From Sumerlaeia bacterium (GTDB lineage: Bacteria > Sumerlaeota > Sumerlaeia > SLMS01 > JAHLLQ01): a DNA stretch of 64,000 nt. Position numbers and translations under genes: made by a program. Shown here one piece after another: positions 55,682 to 64,000 of this stretch. The stretch is taken from NCBI GenBank assembly GCA_040219255.1, contig JAVJSW010000056.1:1-64000 (forward strand). Reading direction: 5' to 3'. A model generated the notes under the pieces. That model did not search any database and was not told the origin of the DNA. It worked only from the letters and a program-made list of their open reading frames with translations. Position 1 is the stretch's first letter. Each line of letters begins with the position of its first letter.

Positions 55682-58024
55682 ATGATTGCCCTCCACCGCT
55701 TACTGGCCAGCCTCTTTATCCTTAACTTTTTCGCGACCCCGAAAAGCCCTGCGGCGGAATTCCACCTGCCCGACCCGGCCGTGGACAACGACGCCGCCAT
55801 CGCGGCCCTGCGGTCGGCCATCGAGGTCGCCAACACCAATGGCGAAGCGGACACGATTCATTTCTTTCCGGGAGGGGAGTATGTTTTTCGGGAGCCGTTG
55901 TTCTCTGATTACAATGGCACGCTCTATCCGAGATCTGATGCGCTTCCCGCGTTTGTAGAACCCACCACGGTTACTTTGAATGGGAATGGAGCGCGGCTGA
56001 TTCGGAATGAAGAGTCGGAGTACGCTTTTCGATTCGCGCAGTTAGTACCCGACTGCATCGTTCACATTCAGAATCTCTCCTTTGAGAATGGACTAATACT
56101 CAATAGCTCTATCAGTACTGGAGGAGCATTAGTCTTGCATGATGCGACAGCCTTGCTTGAAGACTGTCGATTCCTTAATAACAAGAGTTCTCATGTGGAC
56201 GTGGGAGGTTATGCGGCAGGAGGGGCGATTTTTATTTACGGAAGCGATGTTGTGTTAAGGGATTCTGTGTTCAGTCGCAACGTGACGGGAAGTCTTGAGA
56301 GAAGGAGCAGGAAAGCACAGGGAGGCGCTGTCTTCGTCGCCTCGGGAAGGCTTTTGGAGTATGGTTGGCCTGTCCGAGATCGCAAAATGAACAGTGTGCT
56401 CAGTGTCGAAGAATGCTCTTTCGAAGAGAATCGCGCGTCAGGCAAAACTGTAGTCAGTGGAGGCGCGATCCATATAGAATCTGCTGTCAGCAGTGTTAAT
56501 GGCATCCAGTCGCATTCCACCATCGATTTGAACATCAGCGACTCATTCTTTGAGGGTAACATCGCAGAAGGGAGTACCCAAACGGCCGGCGGAGCCTTCT
56601 CTATGAGGTACAACACATCTCGTCAATCCTTAGGGGCCCAATCGACACTCGCTCGCTGTCGCGTCACACGCTCTGTCTTTTCGAACAATAGAAGTGTTTG
56701 CTCAGAGCGCCGTGCGTTATCATCTGCTATGGAAGTTGTGCTGAGTTCTTATCCTGATATCGGCGACTATGTCGTCGATCTGCTGCTCAGTGAGTCACTC
56801 TTTGTCAACAATCGAAATATCGGTACGTACGAATCGACGAAGGACTCCGCGTTGTCTTTCGTAGATTTGAAAAATTATACGCCGGAGCCGAAGGTGGCGC
56901 AGGTTCGGATCTCGAATTCCACTCTTTTGCAAGCAGGGCACGAGAAGATTTTCTTGGCAGCACCGAACATCGATATGCGCCTTTCCAATTCCCTCCTGTT
57001 GAGCGACTCTTCCTCGACCGAACCCCTCATCAGCGCCGCCTTCCACTCCCTTGGCCACAACATCATCACCTCCTACGACTCCACCGCCACCACCCTGACC
57101 GCGACGGACCGGGTCGGTTTGACGGCGAGCGAGGTCGTCGAAACGACGGTGACTTTGGCGGGCGGCACGACGCCCACGCTGCGCCTCTTGCCCTTCAGCC
57201 CGGCGGTGAACGCGGGCGATCCGGCCTGGGTGGGAACCATCGGCGCAACCGATCAGCGCGGGGCGCCCCGCGTGGCGGGCGGACGGATCGACATCGGCGC
57301 CTATGAATTGCAGGCGCCCACCGGCGCTCCCGCTTTCTGGCTCGGGGATCTGGACGGCGCCAACGATCCTCTGCCCGGGTATAGTAACGACCCGGCGATC
57401 CTGCTGACCTTTCCGCTGCAGGGCGACGAGGAGGAACCGGCCTGGCTGGATGTCTGGTCGAGCGACCTGCCCGGAACCCCCACCCTCCTGGCCTCGCATC
57501 CCGATGGCGAAGCGACCGCCGTCCTGACCGTTTCCGGGCCCGATGGCGAGAAGCATCTGGCCGGCCGGTTGGTCAACGCCGTGGGGGCTTCGGACGCTGT
57601 GGCGACGGCCGTGGTGGTGCTCGACCGGGTCCCGCCGCGGGGCCAGCTGGCCTATCCGCAAACGCCCGCGCCGAGGCCTGGCGTGGGAGCGACCGTCATC
57701 GAAATCGCCGCCGACGGCCCAGCCGACGGCACCGGCAGCCCAGTGGCGCGCCACGAAGTCGCGGCCCGTTGGCTCGGCTCGCCGGGCGGCGAATTCGCCG
57801 CCGTGGGCGACCTGCTGACTTCGCCTTCGCTCCCGCTCTGGCCGGACCGGGCTGGTACGTACGTCCTGCGCTCGGAATTGACTGATGGAGCGGGGAATCG
57901 AGTGCAAACTCTGCACGACGACCGCCCCGTCACATTCGACGGAGACATCCAAAGGCCCTATAAAAAGGGAGTCGCCACCCCACATCGGCGCGGAGTGGCG
58001 ACTCCAGTCCATCAGAACAAGTGA
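55682..58024 (+). CDS. Secreted beta-helix/PMP-like repeat protein with a choice-of-anchor-Q-like domain
   Basis: Signal peptide; LRSAIEVAN..ADTI; repeated FxxN..GGA; SLGHNII, SPAVNAG, TDQRGAPR..IDIGAYE. Confidence 0.75.
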   Translation: MIALHRLLASLFILNFFATPKSPAAEFHLPDPAVDNDAAIAALRSAIEVANTNGEADTIHFFPGGEYVFREPLFSDYNGTLYPRSDALPAFVEPTTVTLNGNGARLIRNEESEYAFRFAQLVPDCIVHIQNLSFENGLILNSSISTGGALVLHDATALLEDCRFLNNKSSHVDVGGYAAGGAIFIYGSDVVLRDSVFSRNVTGSLERRSRKAQGGAVFVASGRLLEYGWPVRDRKMNSVLSVEECSFEENRASGKTVVSGGAIHIESAVSSVNGIQSHSTIDLNISDSFFEGNIAEGSTQTAGGAFSMRYNTSRQSLGAQSTLARCRVTRSVFSNNRSVCSERRALSSAMEVVLSSYPDIGDYVVDLLLSESLFVNNRNIGTYESTKDSALSFVDLKNYTPEPKVAQVRISNSTLLQAGHEKIFLAAPNIDMRLSNSLLLSDSSSTEPLISAAFHSLGHNIITSYDSTATTLTATDRVGLTASEVVETTVTLAGGTTPTLRLLPFSPAVNAGDPAWVGTIGATDQRGAPRVAGGRIDIGAYELQAPTGAPAFWLGDLDGANDPLPGYSNDPAILLTFPLQGDEEEPAWLDVWSSDLPGTPTLLASHPDGEATAVLTVSGPDGEKHLAGRLVNAVGASDAVATAVVVLDRVPPRGQLAYPQTPAPRPGVGATVIEIAADGPADGTGSPVARHEVAARWLGSPGGEFAAVGDLLTSPSLPLWPDRAGTYVLRSELTDGAGNRVQTLHDDRPVTFDGDIQRPYKKGVATPHRRGVATPVHQNK
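57962..58005 (-). terminator. Rho-independent terminator for 58053..58625, inside the 3' end of the opposite gene
   Basis: GGAGTCGCCAC/GTGGCGACTCC 11-bp stem preceded by AAAAA on the + strand. Confidence 0.7.
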
Positions 58025-58052
58025 CGCTGTTGGTACTTACTAGCGGGGGAGA

Positions 58053-58625
58053 TTAGTCCGAAGGATCCACGCGCTGCTCGACGCGTTCTTCGGCGCGGTC
58101 TTCGAGGCGCTCTTCGCGAATTTCCTGTTGGATTTCGCCTTCCACATTCTGGAGGCCTTGTTCCACGTTGCGTTCGGCGCGTTCGACACCTTGCTCGATG
58201 TTCTGGCCCATCTGTTCCAGTTCCCGGGCGGCTTCGCGCCGTTCTTCCTTCAGAGCCGCCAGCTTCTGGCGGTACTCCTGCTTGGCGTTGGCGGCGGCTT
58301 GCTCCAGCTCGACCTCCAGCTCTTCGATTTCGGCGTCCAGGTCGCTCATCTCCTGGCGGAGCTGGCGGGCTTTCTGATCGATTTCCTGATCCACTTCCTG
58401 GAGGGCGTCCTGGGTCTGGCGGCCGAGGCTTTCCATGCCTTCGCCGATTTCCTCGCCGGCCACCTTGGCGGCGGCGGCGGTGTCTTCGGCGGCGCTGGCG
58501 ATCGTGTCGCCCGCCGCGTCGCCCGTGCGGGCCGCGTTATCCTGGGTTTCTTGCGAGCAACCGGTCATCGCCATCAGGGCGAGACCAAAGGCGGGGAGGG
58601 TGATCCATTTGAATGTGCGGTTCAT
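58053..58625 (-). CDS. Coiled-coil/LEA-like lipoprotein
   Basis: Lipobox MTGC; E/Q/A-rich helical repeats. Confidence 0.75.
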   Translation of the reverse strand: MNRTFKWITLPAFGLALMAMTGCSQETQDNAARTGDAAGDTIASAAEDTAAAAKVAGEEIGEGMESLGRQTQDALQEVDQEIDQKARQLRQEMSDLDAEIEELEVELEQAAANAKQEYRQKLAALKEERREAARELEQMGQNIEQGVERAERNVEQGLQNVEGEIQQEIREERLEDRAEERVEQRVDPSD

Positions 58626-58751
58626 AGTCGGTATTCCTTAGTCGAGATGATCGGGTTGAAGACCAATTTATCGTCATCCCGGTAAAGAAAGAACCGGGCC
58701 AGGATTTGGCGCCGATTCCTCGGCGCCGGGGCGGGCCGGGGCCGGGGCACG

Positions 58752-58777
58752 AAAAAAGGCCGCCGTGAAGGCGGCCT
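58752..58777 (-). terminator. Rho-independent terminator for 58818..59291
   Basis: AAAAAAGGCCGCC-GTGAA-GGCGGCCT. Confidence 0.75.
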
Positions 58778-58817
58778 CGGGGAATTCCAATGTGAAAAAC
58801 GGGGGCCGGAGCGCCGA

Positions 58818-59291
58818 TTACTCGCCGGTGCTGCCTTGCAACTTCTTCAGCCCATCGCTGAAGGCCTTCCGGCCCTCCTCGATATTTTCCTCGGCGCTGG
58901 CCTTGGCGTCTTCCAGACCCGCTTCCGCTTCTTGCTGAGCGTCAGCGGCGGATTCTTTGGCCTCTTCCATCATCTCATTGACTTCGGTCTTGGCGTCCTC
59001 GGCCTTGGCCTTCATGTCGTCCATCGCCTCAGTGGCGTTGGCCTTGGCGTCTTCGATGGCGGCTTCGGCTTCTTCCGCCGCTTCCTTCACGGACGCTTCC
59101 GCTTCGGCGATGGCTTCTTTGGCCTTGTCGGTCGCCTTTTCAACTTCGGCGGAGACCTTGTCGGCGGTTTCGTTCGATTTCGTCGTCGTCGCCGTCGTGG
59201 TCGTGGCGGCGGGCTCGGAGTCCTTCGAGCAGCCCGCGAAGGCGAAAACCGCGCATGTCAGGGCGAGGAGGGGGAGCAGGGTCTTTTTCAT
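58818..59291 (-). CDS. LEA-like A/E/K-rich lipoprotein
   Basis: MKKTLL..FAGC lipobox; Thr linker; ~11-residue AKE/AEE periodicity. Confidence 0.75.
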   Translation of the reverse strand: MKKTLLPLLALTCAVFAFAGCSKDSEPAATTTTATTTKSNETADKVSAEVEKATDKAKEAIAEAEASVKEAAEEAEAAIEDAKANATEAMDDMKAKAEDAKTEVNEMMEEAKESAADAQQEAEAGLEDAKASAEENIEEGRKAFSDGLKKLQGSTGE

Positions 59292-59563
59292 CGGTGTTGG
59301 GAACCTTGTATGTTGGGATGCGGGGGCGTTGGGCCCCGGCACAGAAAATCACGCTTACAACCATGTGAGGCGCCGAGTGGCTCCGTTGGCAATCCGGAAA
59401 GTGCGATCCGCCCGGCATATGACGCTGCCCCGGAGCGCGATGCTCATAAAAATTTCACTGGCTGGCGGGGCGCTCATTTCCATTGGGGTTGCCACCGCCG
59501 GGGGCGCGGCGTCACCGTCCTTGCCCATACACGGCATCTCCCACTGGACACCTTGTTTCTTCC

Positions 59564-60301
59564 ATGGCGGCACGGACTCCTCAGCAGACCTACTACATCG
59601 TTCTCCCGCCCCAGGCGGAGGAATTCACCGGTCCGATGCGCCCCCTGTCCCGCCTGATCGAGAAGGACGAGGCCGAACTGGCCGCCATCCTCGCCTCGCG
59701 CACTTACCACGTCATTCGCCGCTTCGCCAAGAAACCCAACGCCGAAGGCCTGCACAGCCAGCTTCACGCCCTCGGCGTTGAGAGCTTCATCGTCTCCGAC
59801 ACGGAACTCAACGGCGCCCTGATTATCTGGGCGGAAAGCGCCAACTACGGCGCTGGAGGCATGGCGGTGAAAGACTTCGGTGGCCAGCCCCTCTACTGCC
59901 CCTTCGAAGACCTGATCTGCGTCACCGTCGGCACCGTCGGGCGAGAGGACGGCACCACCACCCAACTCCTCGACTTCCATCGCCGCTCCACCCCTATCAC
60001 CCCCCGCATCGATGTGGCCCTCTTCGATTTCGCCTCTTTCCTGAGCACCGACGAAGCCACCGCCGACGACCTCTGCGAGGAGCTGGAGGCCGTCTCCGGC
60101 GCCACCATCGACCGCACCTTCGACGCTTTGCCGGAAGACACCGCCCATTGCGCCCAGGCCGTGGCCACCTACCCCAGCAATTACCCGCCGCCGGACGAAC
60201 GCCTGCCCGCCCCCTACGACCACAAGGACGCGCGCGCCTTCGACGTGTACGGCTTCATCAAGCGCGCCCACCTGTTGACGCAGGCCGCCAAGGAAGACTG
60301 A
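59564..60301 (+). CDS. Hypothetical protein
   Basis: Host-like codon usage; 6-nt gap to the exonuclease gene. Confidence 0.6.
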   Translation: MAARTPQQTYYIVLPPQAEEFTGPMRPLSRLIEKDEAELAAILASRTYHVIRRFAKKPNAEGLHSQLHALGVESFIVSDTELNGALIIWAESANYGAGGMAVKDFGGQPLYCPFEDLICVTVGTVGREDGTTTQLLDFHRRSTPITPRIDVALFDFASFLSTDEATADDLCEELEAVSGATIDRTFDALPEDTAHCAQAVATYPSNYPPPDERLPAPYDHKDARAFDVYGFIKRAHLLTQAAKED

Positions 60302-60307
60302 TTTTTC

Positions 60308-60877
60308 ATGAAGCCGCTGCTCATCGTGGACCTGGAAGCGACCTGCCACGAAGGCAAAGCCCCCGCCGGATTCTTCAGCGAAGTCATCGAAATCGGCGCC
60401 CTGGTTCTCGACCCCCGCACGCGCGAAGTCCGGGCGGAATTCCAGCGCTTCGTGCGGCCCGAGTTCTCACCCCACCTCACCCCCTTCTGCACCGAACTGA
60501 CCACCATCACCCAGGATCAGGTCGATGGCGGTTGCCCCTTCGCCGAGGCCCTCGCGGCCCTCGTCGCCTTCGGCGAAGCCCACGGCAGCGCGGTATTCAG
60601 TTCCTGGGGCTTCTATGACCGCAAACAGCTCGAGGCCGAGTGCGAGCGCAAAGGCGTGGTCTATCCTTTCGGCGACCGCCACATCAGCCTCAAACACAAC
60701 CACGCCAAGTTCCTCGGCCTCGCCCGTCCCATGGGCATGGCGGGAGCGCTGAGGAACTACGGCCTGGAACTCGAAGGCATCCACCACCGGGGCATCGACG
60801 ACGTCCGCAACATCGCCCGCATCGTGTCGCGGATGCTGGACGATGGGTGGACGCACCGATTGCTGGGCGGGGAGTAG
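60308..60877 (+). CDS. 3'-5' exonuclease, DEDDh (ERI-1/KapD-like)
   Basis: VDLEATC, EVIEIGA, FCTELTTITQ, SWGFYD, HHRGIDD. Confidence 0.9.
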   Translation: MKPLLIVDLEATCHEGKAPAGFFSEVIEIGALVLDPRTREVRAEFQRFVRPEFSPHLTPFCTELTTITQDQVDGGCPFAEALAALVAFGEAHGSAVFSSWGFYDRKQLEAECERKGVVYPFGDRHISLKHNHAKFLGLARPMGMAGALRNYGLELEGIHHRGIDDVRNIARIVSRMLDDGWTHRLLGGE

Positions 60878-60880
60878 GGG

Positions 60881-62950
60881 CTACTTCTCCTGAAAGGCCG
60901 ATTCCTGGGCCTGGAGCCGCCGGCGTTTCAGGTGATCCTGGCTGGGGGCCATTTTCACCTCGTCCTTGGGCACGCTCGCCGCGCCCAGAATCCGGGCCAA
61001 CGTCGCCGAGACAGCGCCGTCCTTGTCGTCGTCGAAGGCTCCATGGCTCGTCGCCTGCGAGGCGTCGCGGCTTCGCTTCGGCTCCTTGTTCGGCGACGTG
61101 ATGACGCTGACTTTGCCACTGCGGATGAACGCCTTGAGGCCGGAGTCTTTCTCAACGTAACGCATCATGCCCAAGAGCGGGGTGCGGCGGCTCTTCTCGC
61201 AGGCGTTCGAGACGAGATAGAGAAGCGACTTGTTGTAGATTCTCGAACAATGATCGTCCTGTTCCGCGTCGTCGGTCAGGTTGAACAGCGTCAGGTGCTC
61301 GATCTGGCCGCTTCGCAGCAGAGGCGCGTAGGTTTCGTGGAAAAGCTCGATCGTGCAGGCGGCGGCCCACAGAGTCACGCTCTTGACGGGGATGCCGAGT
61401 CCGGTCTTCCCGCGCAGCGGTCCCTTGCCGATACGGCCCTCGGTCGCCAGGTATGAGACGAACGGCCCCATGAAGACCGAACCGGCGCTGTGGCCGGCGA
61501 TGTGAACTTCATAGGACGCGTCCTGATTCACCAACTTGGCGAACTCGTCGAGGAAGAAGCGGGCACCGCCGCTCTCCAGGCTCGTGGCGCGAATGGCGTT
61601 TTCCTTCATCTCGCCCCAGACTTGCTCGCCCCCCAGGTTTTTCGCCACCGGTTCGAGGAAATCGTCGAACCGGTCGATCATGAAGTCCCAGGCTCCGCTC
61701 AGGAACCCTTCCGGCCGGCGCCGGCTAAAGGCGTCTTGCAAGATGTTTGTAATGGTGGTCCAGAAATCCGACTTCCAGATGAAACTGAGCGGATAGACTT
61801 CGTTCTTCAGCAGCGCCTGGCGGTACTCCGCGACACGCTCGATGGCTGATTTCTCGGAAACGAGGCCTCCGTGCGCGTAGAAGAGGAGGCGCTTCTTCGT
61901 CCAGTTGCCGGTGGCCTGCGGCAGCGACTGGCTCACCAGGTTGCGCACTTCCGCCTCCCCGGTGCCGAACTGGCCGCCTTGGCGCAACCTTCCGTCGTTG
62001 CCGATGCTGACGATGTGAGGCGCCAACTCGGCGGTCGAGTACCCCTCCGTCGTTCCGCCTGCGGTCGTCATCAGCCGAGCCACCGACAGCGGCCGTTCCA
62101 GCTTCACGAAAACACCCATGCGAGCGACCCATGCGTCCATCGCGTTCGCCAGCCAATCGTCGTACGTCAGCAGCGCGTAACCGCCCCCGCCCCAGGCCTT
62201 GCCCCAAGAGTTCTGAATCCAGAAGCCTTCGCTGGTATAGCCGACGATCACATAGGCGTGGGCGCCGATGATCTGCTCATGAGGTTGGATCTTCGAGTTG
62301 TCTGCGCTGACTTGGTTCCAGCCGCGATGCACCGAACTGGTGGCGTAGATGGAGCCGGTTTCCGCGATGGCGCAGTGCATCGCTACCAGGTCCTGATGCG
62401 GCACACGGAAGTACGCGCCGAGCGGTCGCCGGGCGGCGTCCTGCGCCCTCGCGGCGCTCAGCGTATTGTCCGCGGCGTCGGCTTCCCAGAGGTCTTTGCG
62501 GCAGACCCCGTGCTTCTGCCACCCCTTCATGGCGCCTCTGGCGCTCGATCCTTCGTAGTCCTCGCCCTGCCATTCGTCGTAGCGACGGGCCATTTCGTAA
62601 AGCATCCTGGGACTGACGTGCTCAGCGTCGGGGCGCGGCAACCGGGTCCGCATTTGCTGATGAACCACCGTTGCCAGGGCGAATCCGGTGCAGGCGCCCT
62701 CCGTTCCCTGGTCCAGGATCGGGACATTGTGCGCTTTCCACAGGGGCAGGTCGATTTCCGACGGCACATGCACGAGCGAGCGCTCAAAAAGCCGGTCGCG
62801 GAAATCGAGCGTATCCGGCACGACGTTCATCATACGCTCGACCGGCGGGGCGGAGGGCGAATCGCCCGCCGAATTCTTGCCGCGAGAGGCCGCCGGTTTG
62901 GCGTCCTTTCCGCCGCGGGACTTCTTAACGGAGGGCTTCTTCGCCGCCAT
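60881..62950 (-). CDS. Papain-like C1 peptidase fused to an alpha/beta-hydrolase domain
   Basis: DQGTEGACTGF (Q,C), GAHAY (H), QNSWG (N); YAHGGL, GHSAG, terminal HGAFDDD. Confidence 0.85.
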   Translation of the reverse strand: MAAKKPSVKKSRGGKDAKPAASRGKNSAGDSPSAPPVERMMNVVPDTLDFRDRLFERSLVHVPSEIDLPLWKAHNVPILDQGTEGACTGFALATVVHQQMRTRLPRPDAEHVSPRMLYEMARRYDEWQGEDYEGSSARGAMKGWQKHGVCRKDLWEADAADNTLSAARAQDAARRPLGAYFRVPHQDLVAMHCAIAETGSIYATSSVHRGWNQVSADNSKIQPHEQIIGAHAYVIVGYTSEGFWIQNSWGKAWGGGGYALLTYDDWLANAMDAWVARMGVFVKLERPLSVARLMTTAGGTTEGYSTAELAPHIVSIGNDGRLRQGGQFGTGEAEVRNLVSQSLPQATGNWTKKRLLFYAHGGLVSEKSAIERVAEYRQALLKNEVYPLSFIWKSDFWTTITNILQDAFSRRRPEGFLSGAWDFMIDRFDDFLEPVAKNLGGEQVWGEMKENAIRATSLESGGARFFLDEFAKLVNQDASYEVHIAGHSAGSVFMGPFVSYLATEGRIGKGPLRGKTGLGIPVKSVTLWAAACTIELFHETYAPLLRSGQIEHLTLFNLTDDAEQDDHCSRIYNKSLLYLVSNACEKSRRTPLLGMMRYVEKDSGLKAFIRSGKVSVITSPNKEPKRSRDASQATSHGAFDDDKDGAVSATLARILGAASVPKDEVKMAPSQDHLKRRRLQAQESAFQEK

Positions 62951-63140
62951 AGGGGGACTCCTGGGAAGACTTCGGTCCACCCGGATTCATTCCCCCCGTC
63001 AGGAGGTCACAGGAACGGCTGGACGCGAGACTCGATTGACTGAAAAAACTTGGATCAGTCTTGCTTTGTCCGCATGGCTCGGGCAACAGAAATTCTTCGC
63101 GAATGAAGGCGATTCTTCGGATTGTGAGACTGTTAGCGAA

Positions 63141-64000
63141 CTATGGCTGTCCAGAAGCCAGTCGTCTCGCCGCTTCTTCGGCCTTGAGCCTTGGAATGTG
63201 GCTATCGGCCACCTCGCGGACGAACTCGAAGGCCACCAGTTCCTCCGTCTCGATCAACAGCCGCGTGGCTCGTTCGTAGTCATCGACTTCATCGCGGCGG
63301 CTTTCCTTGGTGATATAGATGCCGCGCAACCCCGATCGGGCCAGTTCGTGATCGAAGAGCATCACTTCGTCGCCGCTGAAATCGTCGCCATCGCCTTCCT
63401 TCAGCGCCGGGATCGCGCGCCCGGCATAGAATTGGACGGTGGTGCGGGCGTCGCCAAAGGTGAAATAGGGCCGCACACTAGGGTCGGCGAGCAGGCCCGA
63501 CGCGGCCAACCGCTCGCCAAAGTCCTTGTAAGTCCGGTTGTAGAGCCGGGCGGCCGGATCCGCGGTCATCAGGACGAGGCCAAGCACCCAGACCGCCCCC
63601 GCGCCGAGGAGCAACCGGCGCCGGCCCGGGCTCTGGCGTTGGAACCAGGGCCAGCGCTCGTCCACCGCGATTTTTCCCATGGCCAGGCAGAGCGGCACGA
63701 ACAGCGGCGCCACGTAGAGCGGCAGGCGGCTCTTCGACAGCAGAAAGACCGTGAGCGGCAGCACGAACCAGAATAGCGAAAAGACCTGCCAGGGGGCCAG
63801 ACCCCGTAGCCGCGTGCCGAGGCCGGTGCCGGATTTGTGGCTCCAGATCTTTCGCGCCAGCCGGGGCCACAGCACGGACCACGGCCCCAGCCCCAGCGCC
63901 AGTACCGCCAGGTAAATCCACGGCGGGTTGTTGCGGTCGTGCTCGTCGGTCAGCACGCGGTCGCGCAACTCATCGCCCAGGAAATAGCCGAGGGTCGCGT
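63141..64000 (-). CDS. ArnT-like (GT83/39) glycosyltransferase, 3' part
   Basis: HDRNNPPWIY..LGPW, FLLSKSRLPLYVAP. Confidence 0.75.
   Translation of the reverse strand, partial: ATLGYFLGDELRDRVLTDEHDRNNPPWIYLAVLALGLGPWSVLWPRLARKIWSHKSGTGLGTRLRGLAPWQVFSLFWFVLPLTVFLLSKSRLPLYVAPLFVPLCLAMGKIAVDERWPWFQRQSPGRRRLLLGAGAVWVLGLVLMTADPAARLYNRTYKDFGERLAASGLLADPSVRPYFTFGDARTTVQFYAGRAIPALKEGDGDDFSGDEVMLFDHELARSGLRGIYITKESRRDEVDDYERATRLLIETEELVAFEFVREVADSHIPRLKAEEAARRLASGQP

Overview
High-GC (about 65-70% in most genes) bacterial chromosomal segment with about 50 protein genes. I saw no rRNA, tRNA, CRISPR array, integrase or transposase. Main blocks: (1) 1-6.2 kb, secreted CBM48+TPR protein and two tandem paralogous TPR lipoproteins; (2) orphan 2-oxoacid dehydrogenase E2; (3) 8-17.4 kb, a divergently split ligase-associated DNA-damage cluster (Lhr-like helicase, ATP-dependent ligase, MBL exonuclease) interleaved with YaaA, a macrodomain protein, an FeS-type photolyase and a renalase-like flavoprotein; (4) mixed housekeeping and secreted genes; (5) acpP-fabF-rnc-rfbD; (6) 43.4-53.3 kb, a LacI-linked alpha-glucan locus (GH125-like, secreted protein, ABC transporter, multi-domain GH66); (7) DprE1-like oxidase, a mosaic choice-of-anchor-Q-like protein, LEA-like lipoproteins, a DEDDh exonuclease and a C1-peptidase/alpha-beta-hydrolase fusion. 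The strongest unexplained signals are: a short shared C-terminal V-x-x-W-x-x-hydrophobic-E tail on two unrelated secreted proteins (candidate lineage-specific sorting signal, resembling tails I recall from Ca. Sumerlaeota/BRC1, unverified); intergenic inverted CRCAGAG-repeat arms bracketing unrelated AT-rich inserts; a second ~80 bp dispersed repeat; and an in-frame low-GC cassette inside a surface-protein gene. Start codons were adjusted by eye and GC values come from hand counts of sample 60-nt lines.
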